Origin: Microbotryum violaceum
Lineage: Eukaryota
Length of the DNA: 64,000 nt
Direction of reading: 5' to 3'
Assembly: GCA_001244265.2 (NCBI GenBank)
Contig: CDLV01000005.1
Span: forward strand, 1,736,001-1,800,000
Position numbers and translations under genes: made by a program. Numbering within the stretch: the first letter of the stretch is position 1; each line of letters starts with the position of its first letter. Of the stretch, positions 28,360 through 43,262 are shown piece by piece. The notes beneath the pieces are model-generated. The model was not told where the DNA came from and ran no database searches. It saw only the letters and a program-made list of their open reading frames with translations.

Positions 28360-29543
28360 TCAGAACCTCTCCCTCGATCGACTGGCGACGATCCTCAACC
28401 CGGCATAGATCTTGCCCGGTGGTGAACCAAGGATCAAGGCGCAGATGGCGTCGCGCGCGATCTTGATGTTGGAGTAGGTGCCGAGGATGTGGATCTTACT
28501 ATGGGGACAGCGCACGCGGTGAGGAATGGAGTTAGGTCAGAAGGCTGTTCTGGTCCATTTCTTCGCGTAGCAAAACTCCAAACTCACGTATCGGCCAAGA
28601 CGACCCTGGTCCTCGACGCATTCTCAATCACGAACCTCGTCTTGCCCTCGTGTCCGGCAATACGCCCAATCGCACGACTCAGATGATCGCCATGGAGGGT
28701 CTTGACGTCCTTGATCTCGAATGACTCGACGTACAACTCTTCGAGACGGAGAAGGGCGATCGCATCTTCGACTGCGAAACCTAGGGCGTAGGCGGAGAGG
28801 AAGTCGGAGGCTCTGGTGAGGGAGGAAGCGGAGGGTGTGTGTTTCGAGGTCTGCGCACGGACGGGGGTTCGGAAAGCTGATCAGCCGTAACTCTGATTTT
28901 TTCTTCATCCCGTTGCCTTTGAACTGACCTTCATCTCGACACATTTCTTGCCGACGTTCATCCTAACCTGCAGCCCACACTCCTCGACCAAAGGCGTATA
29001 AATCTTGATCCAATCTCTTTTGAGCGGCGTCATGCGATGCGGCGGGATCCCGATCTTCCTCCTCTGGGTCAAACCCGCTTTGGTCTGATGGGAAACGGCG
29101 GGGAAGGACAGGGCGTCCGATCCGGGAATTTGGGATATGGGAGTTCGAGTGACGGGGGTAGGCAGGGAGAGGGACGAAGGGTCGATCAGAACGGAGGAAT
29201 CATCTTCTTCCGCATCCGCTTCGGGATCAGAGTCGACGGCCATAGCCGCATCGGCTTCTTGCGCTCGTGTGTTTTTTGATCGAGCGTTGACTTTGACGGG
29301 GGCGACCTTGGTGTCGTATAGAGGTAGTCGCTCGGAGAATTCGGCCAAGATGGAATCGGACGCGATCGCCGACGCCGAAGGAACGGCGTTCAGATCCGAG
29401 GACAGATTCGGTTGGGTGGGGAGGAACGTGGAGACGTTCTTGTTTGATTTGTTGGAGGCGGAGGATGATGACGAGGCCTTGAGGGCTTGTTTCCTCGATT
29501 TGGAGGACGATGCCGACGCGGGCAGGAAGTCCGTGTTGGACAT
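28360..29543 (-). CDS. PNO1: Pre-rRNA processing KH-domain protein Pno1/Dim2
   Basis: RKIGIPPHRMTPLKRDWIKIYTPLVE, FEIKDVKTLHGDHLSRAIGRIAG, LILGSPPGKIY; two introns. Confidence 0.93.
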
Positions 29544-30239
29544 GGCTGGAGAGCTTGCAGAGGTAGAGAGAGCCTTTGGTGTGTTTCTATAAGAGAGATT
29601 CCTGTGTGTTGTTGCTTCCGGTCTGTTTAGGTCGAGTGCGTTGCGTTGTATTGATCGCGGGTGAGTGCGAGTCTGCAAGTGGAGTGAGCAAGTCGAGACG
29701 AGTCGCGAGCTGCGCCTGCGAAGTTTCGCAACCCCGGCCCGGCGGGATGACCTCAATTGCGCGCTTATCCCAGCGGCGATCGCTAATGGCCCATTGTTGA
29801 GCTAGTGCAGGAAACTTGACCCAGCCGTCGTGCGCGCGCGCGTCCGGGGTGCGCTCTCCTCGGCCTGTCGCTCACCTGACCCGGCCTGACCTCAGCCAGC
29901 CTCAGTCAGTCATTAGGGCATTAGTCATTACCCAACAGCGCCTCAGCTCGCCAGCTCGGCCCACCGCCCGCAAGATCGTCCTCAATCAATTCGGCGTGTC
30001 TCGTCTGCCTTCCGCGTATCCTCCAACACGTCCTTTGGTGCGCATCCCCACACCCAGACCCACACCGTCTACATCCATCAGCCTCCTACATCTCCGGCTC
30101 CCCAGTCTGAGCTTCTCCCTCAGGAAAACTCTACACCTCTCCGACCTCGTCCCCGATCCGGCTTGCTCGAATCGTCATCGTCAATCACGAGCATCACCCC
30201 GTCCATCACCCCGTGCATCCCTAACCAAAGCCTTCAACC

Positions 30240-31452
<1,213 letters not shown>

Positions 31453-32150
31453 GTCGCACTTTCTTTGGTCATCTCGGGGTTCTTTTTCCTTCCTATGTCC
31501 ATTCCCTATTGCTATTCGTTCTGGTTTCTAATCTCCTCGGACCATCGCATAATACTGTTTTTACTGGGCCTGCACCTCGGTGGAACCCTTTGCGCCGATT
31601 CCTCCGAGGTGCATCCTCTCCTTTCCCCTTGCTCTGCTTCCTCCCTACCTGGCGCTGTGTTCGTCTTCTTCTTTTCCCCCATGTCGTTTCCTCCCTTTTT
31701 CTTTCTTTTACTAGTCGTTTCGATGTAAAGTACAGATACTTTTACTCCCTCCTTAATCTACACGCGACCGAATTCGAACGAGAGCAAGAAGCCCGATCGA
31801 TCCGTCCGAGAGAGAGAGCGCGCGGATTCGGCCCAGCGAATGGCGGTGGCGCGTCCGCTGGCTCGGGCTCGCACCGTCGTCGCCACACCTGCCCAGTGCC
31901 GAGGCCGGACACGCGCAGAGACGGGGCGAGAAGAAGGGCCCAGTCGGGTTCGGGTCGATGACATCGTACGGGTTCCGCTTACTCCTCTACCCCCTCCCTT
32001 GAAAGTGCTCCAACGCACGCTCACCACCTCCAACCCTTCCATAGCGTCTGATTCTATCGCGTCGCGTCTCTTTCGGGAAAACCTCCACAGCACCACCTCG
32101 GACCACACGGCCTCACCCACACCCAACGTCCCGGACACGAACAAGACGTC

Positions 32151-33922
<1,772 letters not shown>

Positions 33923-35170
33923 ATCGACGAAGGGGAGGTAGAGCTGTGTGCTGAGGTATCGGTGGGAGGCGGAGTTTTGAAGGCGATTCCTTTTTCTTTT
34001 TTTTCTTTTTTTTTCGCGTTCGCGTTCATTTTTCCTACCACTTTTGATTTCTTCTTCTTTCTGTTCCTTATTTTTCTCCTTTTTTCTTTGTGTGTTTTCG
34101 TGTTTTGTTCTCGATCCATGATGGTATGCCATTCCCGAATTCGTTTCTATTCGCATCTAAAATGTCGAAAGCACTTGCAGGCCGAGTCTTCTTTGCCGTC
34201 TTGAGGTATCTTTGTCTCGTGGTGTAGACGACCCTCCTTCCCACAAGAATTTCTGGCACTGGTTGGGACGAACTACTGCTGATGAATATATCGTATCCCC
34301 CGTGCGAGCGGCCAAGAGAAGCGGGCGTGTACACGCGGGCATTTTCACACCCAGTGCATGCGTGGAGCGAACGATGACGTTGCGCCTTCTTCCCGGCCGA
34401 ATGCGCGCTGACGAGTGGGGCCGGAGGTCGTGTGCGCGGTACGTTTCCTTACCACCACACTTAAGACTACGCAAACACAAAGTTTTTCCCAACACCCTGT
34501 GAGTGCACACACCGGTCCTCAGCGGAAATTTCCTGAATCGACTAGGGGTCAGCTATAGTGTTTTTCTCGAGTCGGTTTGAACTGCGCCACGATGACTCTT
34601 TCGTGGTCGGTCGCGGTCGGGTCGTCTTTCACGCCGCACAGGCTGGTGGTGGTGGTGATGACGATGACGTCCGGCCACGTTTGGCGTGCGGGGCGCAGTC
34701 AGCCTTGCGGACGGGGGTAGCCTGGTCATGAGGTGGCTTGATGATGATCCACCTAGGGTGTACTTTCAAAGTAGTCCCTCTGAGGCGGTGGTGGATGTAG
34801 GAGGTGAAGCCTGCGGGCTTGAGCTTATCAGTTGGGCGCGTCGCCGGGATCCCGTCTTTTGAGCGAGTGTACATGCAGTGGCGTAGCGTACCACATGGAC
34901 AGCCATATCTGTGGACCAAAGACAAGCAACTGACGCGGTGTACCTCCGCTCACTGTTTCCCATCGTCGCTTCGGGCTCTTGCTCCGTGTGGGCTTCCCCT
35001 CCCCCTCGCCCTCCCTCGCCCGTTCTTCCGCCTTGTATCGCCTTGTCGACGCCCTCGCCTGCCCGCCGCGACTACGGTCGATCCCGCTCTTCCTTCCTCC
35101 TCTCGCTTGCTCACTCAACTCTTCCCCAGCCCCTGCCTCACCTCCCACACCACCCCCCACAGCAACAACG

Positions 35171-36560
35171 ATGGCCTCCGCTCAAGCCAAGTTCGAATAC
35201 TACATCTCCCAAGTCGACGTGAGTTTTTTTTCTTTCTTTCCCCTCCCTGCTGACGAACGAGAGCGATCGCAATCGTCGTCATTTCACCTCCTCCCACTCG
35301 AAAGACTCGAAAAGGCGCGCGATTGCGTCGTCGAACGCTCACCACGCCCACGCCCACGCCCACGCCCACGCCCACGCCGGCCGAGCTCCTTGGTTCGAAC
35401 TGTGTGCTGATGCCTCGTGGGGCCTACTTGTCACCGTTCACAGAAGGAGGTAGGTAGTCTAGCCAATCGTCGGATTACTTTAGAGTGTGGTAGCTGACCT
35501 GGTTCCTCGTACACTTCTTCCCTACCGTCCGCTTCGGCTCCGACTCGGGCTCTCCCTGCGCCTTTTCCCATCGCCTCGTCTCGCTCGCCCTGCGTCACAT
35601 CCGGACCCGAACCCTCGCACGGCCTCCCCATCCCGGATCGCACGCTGTGAACGTCGTCACCGCTCGCACAGTTGTCCAAGTACCCCAGTTAGTTGTACCC
35701 CGCTCGTCCGAGTCGGGAAGGCCCAGAAGACTGACCCCCCCACCGGCCCCGCCTCCCTCCCTTTCGCCCAGCCCTCAACAAGCTTGAGCAGCAGTTGAAC
35801 GTGCCCAAGGCCTACGCCGTGCTCGGCCTCGGTGCCTTTTTCTCCTCGTTCATCTTCTTCAACATCTTTGCCGGCTTCTTGTCCAACTTGCTCGGATGGG
35901 CACTCCCTGCGTACCTGTCCCTCAAAGCGTTGGAGACTCCCGGTCACGATGAGTGAGTGGTCGCTTGGGGTCCATGGCCGGTTGTGGCTGGGGTGGAATC
36001 GCCACCGGGGAGCTCTCGGAGCTCAGTCGGCGATCGAGTCATGGCGGACCAACAACGGAAAACTGACCCCGCGGCATTTCCTTCTCGAATCAGTGACACC
36101 CAATGGCTCACGTACTGGGTCATCTTTGGCGGCTTCAACTTTATCGAATCCATGTCGAGCGTCATTGTCGCCTGGTCAGTTTGCCGAGCCATTTGACTCG
36201 GGGAAACGTCATGGGTGCGGAGCGGAGAGCTGATGCGCCTGGGCGAGCTTGGTTTAGGTTCCCTTACTACTACACGTTCAAGACAATCTTTATCCTTTGT
36301 GAGTTGGCCTGCGCTGGTTGGTGTAAAGAATGAGGCACTGATCCGGTTCCCGACTCCGTGCAGACTTGATCCTCCCGTACGCTACTCGAATCTCACCTGG
36401 AGACCGCGGAGAAAGACGTGTGAACTGACTTTTGCCCGATGCAACTCGCTTCCATAGCTCGACCCGCGGCGCGACCGTCGTCTTCAACAAGGTGCTCCGA
36501 CCCGTCATCGCCAACAATAAGCCCGCGACGTCGACCACGCCCGTGGCGAACCCCCAATAA
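35171..36560 (+). CDS. YOP1: ER-shaping protein Yop1 (TB2/DP1/HVA22 family) with micro-exons
   Basis: Spliced [65 protein letters not shown]. Confidence 0.9.
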
Positions 36561-38109
36561 GCCTCCAAGCCCCCCGCACCTGTTGTGAACCCAGTGCTTT
36601 GATGATCGACCGACCACCCCTACGACGACGAGAATTCGGGGGACCGGACTCAAGGATGGATCGAACCAACATACGCCTCGCTCCCTTTGTGGATCGTTCT
36701 CTCCCTCCAGGCCTCCCTCTTCCCCACCTTTTTTGATATCTCTGACGAAACCTCCCCCGAAACCCCTTTTTCCCCTTTCTTAGGCGTTGCCCTTACCTTA
36801 CCCCCTCATCGCGGCTTTCTCCCCTCTTCTTTCTGCCGTCTCTCTGTGTCGTCCCCTCTTCCCTGTGTGTGACGTGTGCCAGTGATTGTGTGCTATTTGA
36901 TGAACTTTCCTCTCTCCCTCTTCTCTACTTCCTCGTCAGAGGCGTAGGTACTAGGCTGCAGTAAAGAGATCGAGTCATGGACAATGAATGGACCCGGAGG
37001 TTATTGCCCCTGGATTGCCCCTTACTGAGGGGTTCGGGTGAATATTTGTTGATAAGAAGAAAGTGTGAAATCGCGTGTTCATTCTCAGGCGAATAGGCAT
37101 TTTTTGCAATCAGTCCCTTTATACCGAAGCACATTCAGACGATGAGTGACACGGTAAGGTTGGGCGAAAATTAAGTGGGCCGGAGGGGTCACCGGTTGGT
37201 GACGCGTGACATTCGAGAAAGCTCTCGTGCCTCTCAATCGAGAGATTGATACACTACCGAACATTTTTTTGGGGGTGGAGAACTAAGGGTTTTTTGTGTT
37301 TTTTTTTTGAAAAAGAAAGGAGAGGAAAAAAAAGGAGAGAAGAAAAAAAGAAAACAAAAGTTACCGCATTACGAGGTTCATTTCAAAAAAAAAAAAAAAA
37401 ACCCCGGAGGAGACGATTCATTGATTGGGGGGGTACATCAGAAGGAAGGGGGGGGGGGCGCGTCGCTGACCATCCGAAGATGCTCCGCTACCAGGGGGTT
37501 GATCGTAGTCTAATATGGGATGGAGGATCCAAGTACGACGTCGTTGCGGTGGTGGATTTGGCCATCGAGGGGTCGGAACCGGGCGGCGATGCAAGGCAGG
37601 GGCCTGCACGCAGGCCTGTACCTTCGATTCCAGCGCCACATGCTGGTTACCGTAGGGACTCGGACAGGTGCGACTTTTTGTCGTAGGACATCAAGCACAT
37701 CGGAGGGGTCGGCTTTGCCTTTGGCGTCAGCGTTGAGGTTCAGGCCTGTCGTCGGTCAAGCGGCCACCGGCCCCCCAAGGGAGAAGAAACAAAGGAGAAG
37801 GGGTCAGCGCGCGCTTTTCGCTCCGGGCAGGCGATTGAAGATCGCGACCGCCGGACCCGCGGGCAGCCTAGCCGAGTGCACTAGGTCCGGGATGCCTACC
37901 CACAGTTCAGCAGGAACTGATTACATGGTCCCCCATGGCTACGCGCAACCCATGTACTACCGCAGTGACGCGTGCTGTAGCAGTGGGGAGCGAGCGGCCG
38001 GCGACGCGGCAGGGCAGGCGTCAATACGTCAGTGTCGTCGGTGGCTCCCTCGTCGCGTGAGCAGGGGCCCGCGTGCGATGCGACATGGTCGACGCGACGA
38101 TGTAGGCAA

Positions 38110-38304
38110 CTTACCGTTTTCTGGCGCGGCACCGGCCTCGGTAATGAGCTGGTCGTATCGGCGGATATCCCCGACAAAGTCGCTGTCACACAGCAGTAGC
38201 TCGAAGAGAGCGGTTGCCCAGTATGAGTTGCCGAGATTAGGGAGGCCGATCAGTAACCGCAGGTCGACTTCACGGGGCGCACGAGTACGTTCGTTGCGTG
38301 CCAT
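38110..38304 (-). pseudogene. USP (peptidase C19) Cys-box-like relic
   Basis: LLIGLPNLGNSYWATALFELL resembles the GLxNxGNxCY/W box, with Tyr at the catalytic Cys position; ends at a GTAAGT donor. Confidence 0.45.
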
Positions 38305-38376
38305 AGGGTGGTGAGCTCACAGCTTGACGATTGGAGAGAGCTTGATCCGAGTGGATACAAGTGGCGTTGGACCGTA

Positions 38377-38967
38377 GAGTGGGGTTAACCAGTCGAGGGC
38401 AAGGTGCGGAGCGAGAGAGGGTGCGGCACTAGAAAATGGCGAGGCCAGGGAGCGGTCTCCTGAGTGGAGATCTCCCAATTAGAGTCCCCAACCTCTGGCC
38501 GCCGTGCATATCGTTCGGGCTTGCCAAACTTTAGCTCATCACGAGATCTTAAGTCGATATAATTCTCGCTGTTCGCAGTCATATAAGGGTCGTTTTCGGT
38601 TCAATACAGCCGCGAAAAGAGGGAGATATGAACTTCATGGAAAAAAGAAAACAATGCAATACAATACGTGGCTTCAGTTTCAGGCGTCTGAAGCCACGGA
38701 CTGTAACACACTTTTTCTTTTGCTGTTTTTCTTTGAAAAGCAACGAAGTAAATCGACGTCATTCGAGAATCTCAGGGGAACTAAAATTTTGCAGGGCCGA
38801 ACGATGCGCACGGCCGCCCGAGCGCCAGAGGGCTGAGGCTCTAATTGGGAGATCTCCACTCAGATCTCCACTCAGGAGACCGCTCTCTGGCCTCGCCGTT
38901 TTCGAGTGCCGCACCCTCTCTCGCTCCACACCTTGCCCTCGACTAGCTCGACTGCTTAACCCCACTC
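38377..38967. mobile_element. MITE/fold-back element (~590 bp) with long TIRs
   Basis: GAGTGGGGTTAA...TTAACCCCACTC termini; outer ~110 bp strongly complementary, weaker complementarity to ~190 bp; AT-rich non-coding core. Confidence 0.75.
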
Positions 38968-39383
38968 CTTTAAGCTCACTGTCCAGCGTGGGGAAGGGGG
39001 CAGGGGGAAAAGCTTGGGCCTGACCAAGACTGGTTTAGAGTTGCCATTTATCTTCGTTCTAAGCGTGATACACGAGACCTGAAAGGAATAGAAATATAAA
39101 CATTCCTCAAATATAAGCGTGCATACCCTGAGAACCACGCACAAGCCACGATTGATCAATCCGCCTCCGGTTCGACTGCGCAGCAACACTCTGTACGTCG
39201 AAAGGGTGCGGTGGTTTGTTACCCTGGGCCGCCTTGGCTCCCAGAAGCCTCCGCCCCCTAATTTTCGCCCACCCTCACCGTGCCGTGTCGCTCATGGTCT
39301 AAAGGTGCTTCGGTATGTAAAAAGATGACTGAGTGATCGTACGAATGGCCTACTCGCCAGGCAGTAAAAAGTCACCTTCAATT

Positions 39384-39466
39384 TGGACGAACGGGGAATC
39401 GAACCCCGGACCTTTCGCAGCCACGAAAATGCGAAGCGAACATTATACCAACTAAACCATCCGCCC
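39384..39466 (-). tRNA. tRNA-Ala(CGC) with 10-nt intron
   Basis: GGGCGGA/TTCGTCC acceptor stem with G3:U70, TTCGC/GCGAA anticodon stem, CGC anticodon, GGTTCGATTCC B-box, downstream T5 terminator. Confidence 0.93.
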
Positions 39467-39540
39467 GTGATGCAGGATGATGCTGGTAAAGTTTATATAT
39501 CTTAATTCACACATCACGTGACCATTTTAAAAAAAAAAAA

Positions 39541-40087
39541 TGCCGCTATCAAGATGAACAGATTTGGTTGTGTATTGACCTTAACTCATGTGTAAGGATA
39601 TATCCTTACATGTGTCGTGGCCGAAGCTGGCGTACCACTTCACGCCAACGCGGAAGCGCCAGTTTGTGCAGCGGCATGGCGACTCAGCCTGCTGCCTTGT
39701 GCAGGCATGCAGCCTGGCAGGGGTGGAGGATGACTTTACTCACTTTTGGCATGATTGCCCTGACTCTTCTCAATTTTGGCAAGCAGCTAGGTCCATTCTC
39801 TGCGACGCGCTGGGGGTCGTGTCGATCCTCGACCTCGACTACACGGCACTTCAGATCGAGCACGGCCTCCCTCGACTGCGCGCTCGCCTTCCGGCTTCGA
39901 AAAAGCGCCCAACCCGCGCCTTCATTGCGCTGGCGCTTGACACTCTCAGCAACCGACGCTGGGATCTCCATCGCCACGCCAGAGCGATGTCGAGCATGGA
40001 CAAGGAGATGGCCGGACTGAAGGAGAGGTTGGAGCTCAGACTGGCACGATGAAGTAGACGGCGCTCCCTCCCTACCCAAACCAAAAC

Positions 40088-40126
<39 letters not shown>
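39541..40126 (+). mobile_element. 5'-truncated non-LTR retrotransposon (LINE) 3' end with poly(A)
   Basis: zf-RVT-like C..C..EDDFTHFWHDCP..FW ORF ending at 40052, followed by A38 (40089-40126). Confidence 0.8.
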
Positions 40127-40129
<3 letters not shown>

Positions 40130-41888
40130 CAAGTCCCCTTTCCCTCTTTCTCAATCTCTCCACTGTCTCCCAAAAACGCCAGCATACTGAACCTGTCTTC
40201 TCTCGCTCTTTTTGCCATTCCTCATCATAGGCTTCCGTACTCCCCAGGAGCCTCGGGTTCTTTGCGCCGGCGAGCATCGTCGCCCTTGGTTCGAGCTTCT
40301 GCCACATCACGATGACACACAGCGAAAGCGGATCCCCTCGGCCCTCTCCTGGACTACGCCGTGAGTTTTCCACTCCTCTCAAGGGCCGGGTCTGTTTTCT
40401 CTTTCGGTCGAGCGACTCCGTGATCTCCTGTTCAAGGCCGGCACAAACTGCCTGCGTGGCTCGCCTCTCCTTGCTTTGCTGCTCGCTCGGAGTCGCGGCC
40501 GCGCGGCGGGTGACTCGGGTACCGAACCGCCATACACATCCACACTCGAGCGAGGTCCCACCCAATGACATCACCGTCGTGGGCCTCATGCTCCTTCTTT
40601 CCCCAGTATCTGCGGTGATTGGGAACCACCTGCACGTACAACGGGACTCGAGTGTGCGTTCCGAGATTGGGAGTACGCCGCAGGGAAGCGAGGCCCTTGC
40701 GGAAGGTATACCCCGCCTCTTGTCTCCAGCTGCGCGACGGTGTTGACGGCCACCCGCCCGCGCTGCAGACCGAGGCGTGTCCAATGGACTGTCACATGCT
40801 CCATGACTTTCCCCGGAAATCTCTGGATTGTGTGTTTTTGTGCGAAGTAGGCCTGTTTCGCAGTTGCAGTCATTGAAATGGGGGTGATCTGGGGTCGTGC
40901 GGTCGCGAGGGGGGCAGACTTTGGTAACCGAAAAGGGGGTTGGACTCCGCGGTGGAGATCCAGCGCAGACGGGTACAAGGGGTATGTGATTGCTGCGGTC
41001 GCAGGGGTTACATTCCCCCTTTTGGACCACGTGAATCATTCGGATTGAGCGGGATGTTTGTGCCATCGGAGGCCTTGTTCGACGCGTCTCAAAGAATTAA
41101 GGGCCTCAAGGAGTATGGCAGTCTCAGGGGGGTCTGAAGTCAAAAGATCGAAGAAGGTTCAACTGTACAACTATGATCGGATTCACCTGTACAACACATG
41201 TACCACCACCAACATTTCTTCCATCTTTTCCCGATTCCTTGTGTATAATCTTCAATCTTCCTTTCATTCGTCTCTGGGAGGGAGCAACCGTGGGTGGGGG
41301 GGACTTGAACTCGGATGTATCGGGTTGGTCTGTTCTGCTAGTTACCACGCATCGAGCGGCGGTTGTGGTCATCAACGTGCATACTGGGCAACATCACCTT
41401 TAGTTCCGTAGGGGGTTTCTCGTCTTGCAAATTAGCGATGAGTTTCATACAAAAAAAAAAAAATGCCGCCACCCCCATGCCGATGGGGGAGGTTTTGAGG
41501 GACCTTCACCGCGTCTTGTTGTGACTGAGCAGAGACTTGGAGCGTCGAGGGTCGTGGTGGTTGCGCAGTCGTGCTCTTGTCTGCGTCTCGACCGAGTGGG
41601 AAGTGGCTGTGGGGTGGGCCTTCTGTCGTTAGTACTTTTCTTTTCTTTCTCTTTTTTTTTTCTCTTCACCTCTCTTTCTCTCTCTCATTAGTCTCCTGGG
41701 GGGAGCAACCGCTTGGCTAGGGCATTTGAATCCGAATCTCGGATTGGTGGACTTGGCTCGTTTCTCGCACTTTTGCGGGCGGTTTGTGTTATCATCGTAG
41801 TCTTCCATCTAGTTTTCCCGTAGGCCAAAACAGGGGGAACAGGAACTGGGGGCAATAGGATGAACGTTTTCTACAAAAAAAAAAAAAA
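40127..41888 (+). mobile_element. Two further LINE 3'-end fragments with related 3' tails
   Basis: Poly(A) at 41451-41463 and 41875-41888, each preceded by a related ~180-bp tail (GGGAGCAACCG...GGCGGTT...CCGTAGG...GATGA...TAC-An). Confidence 0.55.
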
Positions 41889-43262
41889 GTCTGTTCTGCG
41901 GCAACGATGCAGCGGTCATCGAGACGGTCTCGCACTACTTTTTCGAGTGCGCGTACTCGACCAGCTTCTGGGGTGGGGTGCTTCGCATTCTGTTCGACAA
42001 GCTGGGCATCGAGGATACCGACGTCGATCCGTCGACGTTCACTCCGGAGCAGCTGACTATGGGGCTCCCCTTTTGCGGGGTCGTGGGAGAACGACCTCGA
42101 GATGGATGTGGGTTCGGCTGGCCTGCGCGATCGGCTTCCAGCGGCTGCACCTGCGCCGCGTTCATCAGCGGTTCGAGCTGGACAAGGTCGTGGCCCCTCC
42201 CTCGCTCCCCAGTGCACTCAGAGCGTTCGAGCGAGATTTTCTCTCTCGAGCGGGTTTTGTGCCTGGGGCTCGAGATTGGGAAGTGTGATGACCGAGTTAA
42301 GTCCTTCCTTCCCATTTTCCTCCCCTCCTTTCCTCCCTTCTTTTTCGGAGGTCGACTTCTCTTTCAGAAGCTGACTGTTTCGAAACTTGTTGCGCAGTGG
42401 AAGGCTGCGCACCTCTCTGTCTCTCTCTCTCTCTACTTTGCGCAGTAGCGGTTTTTTGTTCTTGGATGGATCGGCAAGCCAGGTCGATTGTCTTTGCGTT
42501 GGAGGCTTTGTGAAGTTTTTCCCTCTCCTTTCCCCCCCTTTTTCCCTTCCCTTCCTCTTCTCGTTCCTGTTGCTCGATTGTTGACTACGCTTCAGCCACT
42601 TCTCCTTTTACTCCTAAGCCGTGTGTTGGATTCCGTCGAATGGTTCGTTCGTTCGCGTTGGTCAAGATCTACGGCATGGCTCGGGAAGAAAGGTCGCTCG
42701 TCTTTTGGTCAATATCCTCGCGTCAAGGCGAGGCTCGTTTCGTTGTATTGGATCGCTTTTCGCTCGGCCCCGACGGCTCAACAGGCAGCACTCGAGATTC
42801 AGCAAGGGAGGACATCAGACGATGTCGGGGTGACGAGTAGCTGGGGCTTGGCTGCGGCCTGTTAGTCCCTGGGGACCTCTATCTCTGGCTTCGACCCCCT
42901 CCCTTGGCCCCTCGGGTGTGTTCCCCTCCTCTCTGTCTTAGTATTCCTGGTTCTCCGTATCCCCGTCGCGAATTTCTGTATATTTTCCCCTTTTCTTTCT
43001 CTAGGCGCTCTTGCCAGGTTTTCGAGTATCTTCGCTCCCGCTCTTGGGACGTGAAGTGGCAGCAGTACTCACCGCCCGTTGGAGTCCGCGTTAGGTGCTC
43101 GGCGGGTTTTGATTTGCGCAGCGCTCTTTGCGCGCAGGGGTTTGACTTTCACCCAACTGCTTGCCGTCGTTGCTTTATAACCTCCTTTAGCTCTTTCTGT
43201 AGCGGTCCCAGCCAACCCGAAGGATTGAAATTTATGAGCCCCAGTCAAAATCAAAACAAAAG
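41889..43262 (+). mobile_element. LINE C-terminal fragment(s)
   Basis: FCGNDAAVIETVSHYFFECAYSTSFW zf-RVT-like motif right after the poly(A); pyrimidine-rich UTR-like tracts; A-rich end ~43246-43262. Confidence 0.65.

Noticed and set aside
37260-37460. Homopolymer-rich A/T/G tract
   Set aside because: Low complexity, possibly retro-tail debris or sequencing noise; no supportable feature
39591-39610. 20-bp palindrome TGTAAGGATATATCCTTACA at the LINE 5' junction (twin-priming inversion?)
   Set aside because: The putative inverted segment could not be shown to be LINE-derived without a full-length copy
39684-41066. 460-aa minus-strand ORF
   Set aside because: Reads through a poly(A) tail as poly-Phe and is antisense to LINE fragments
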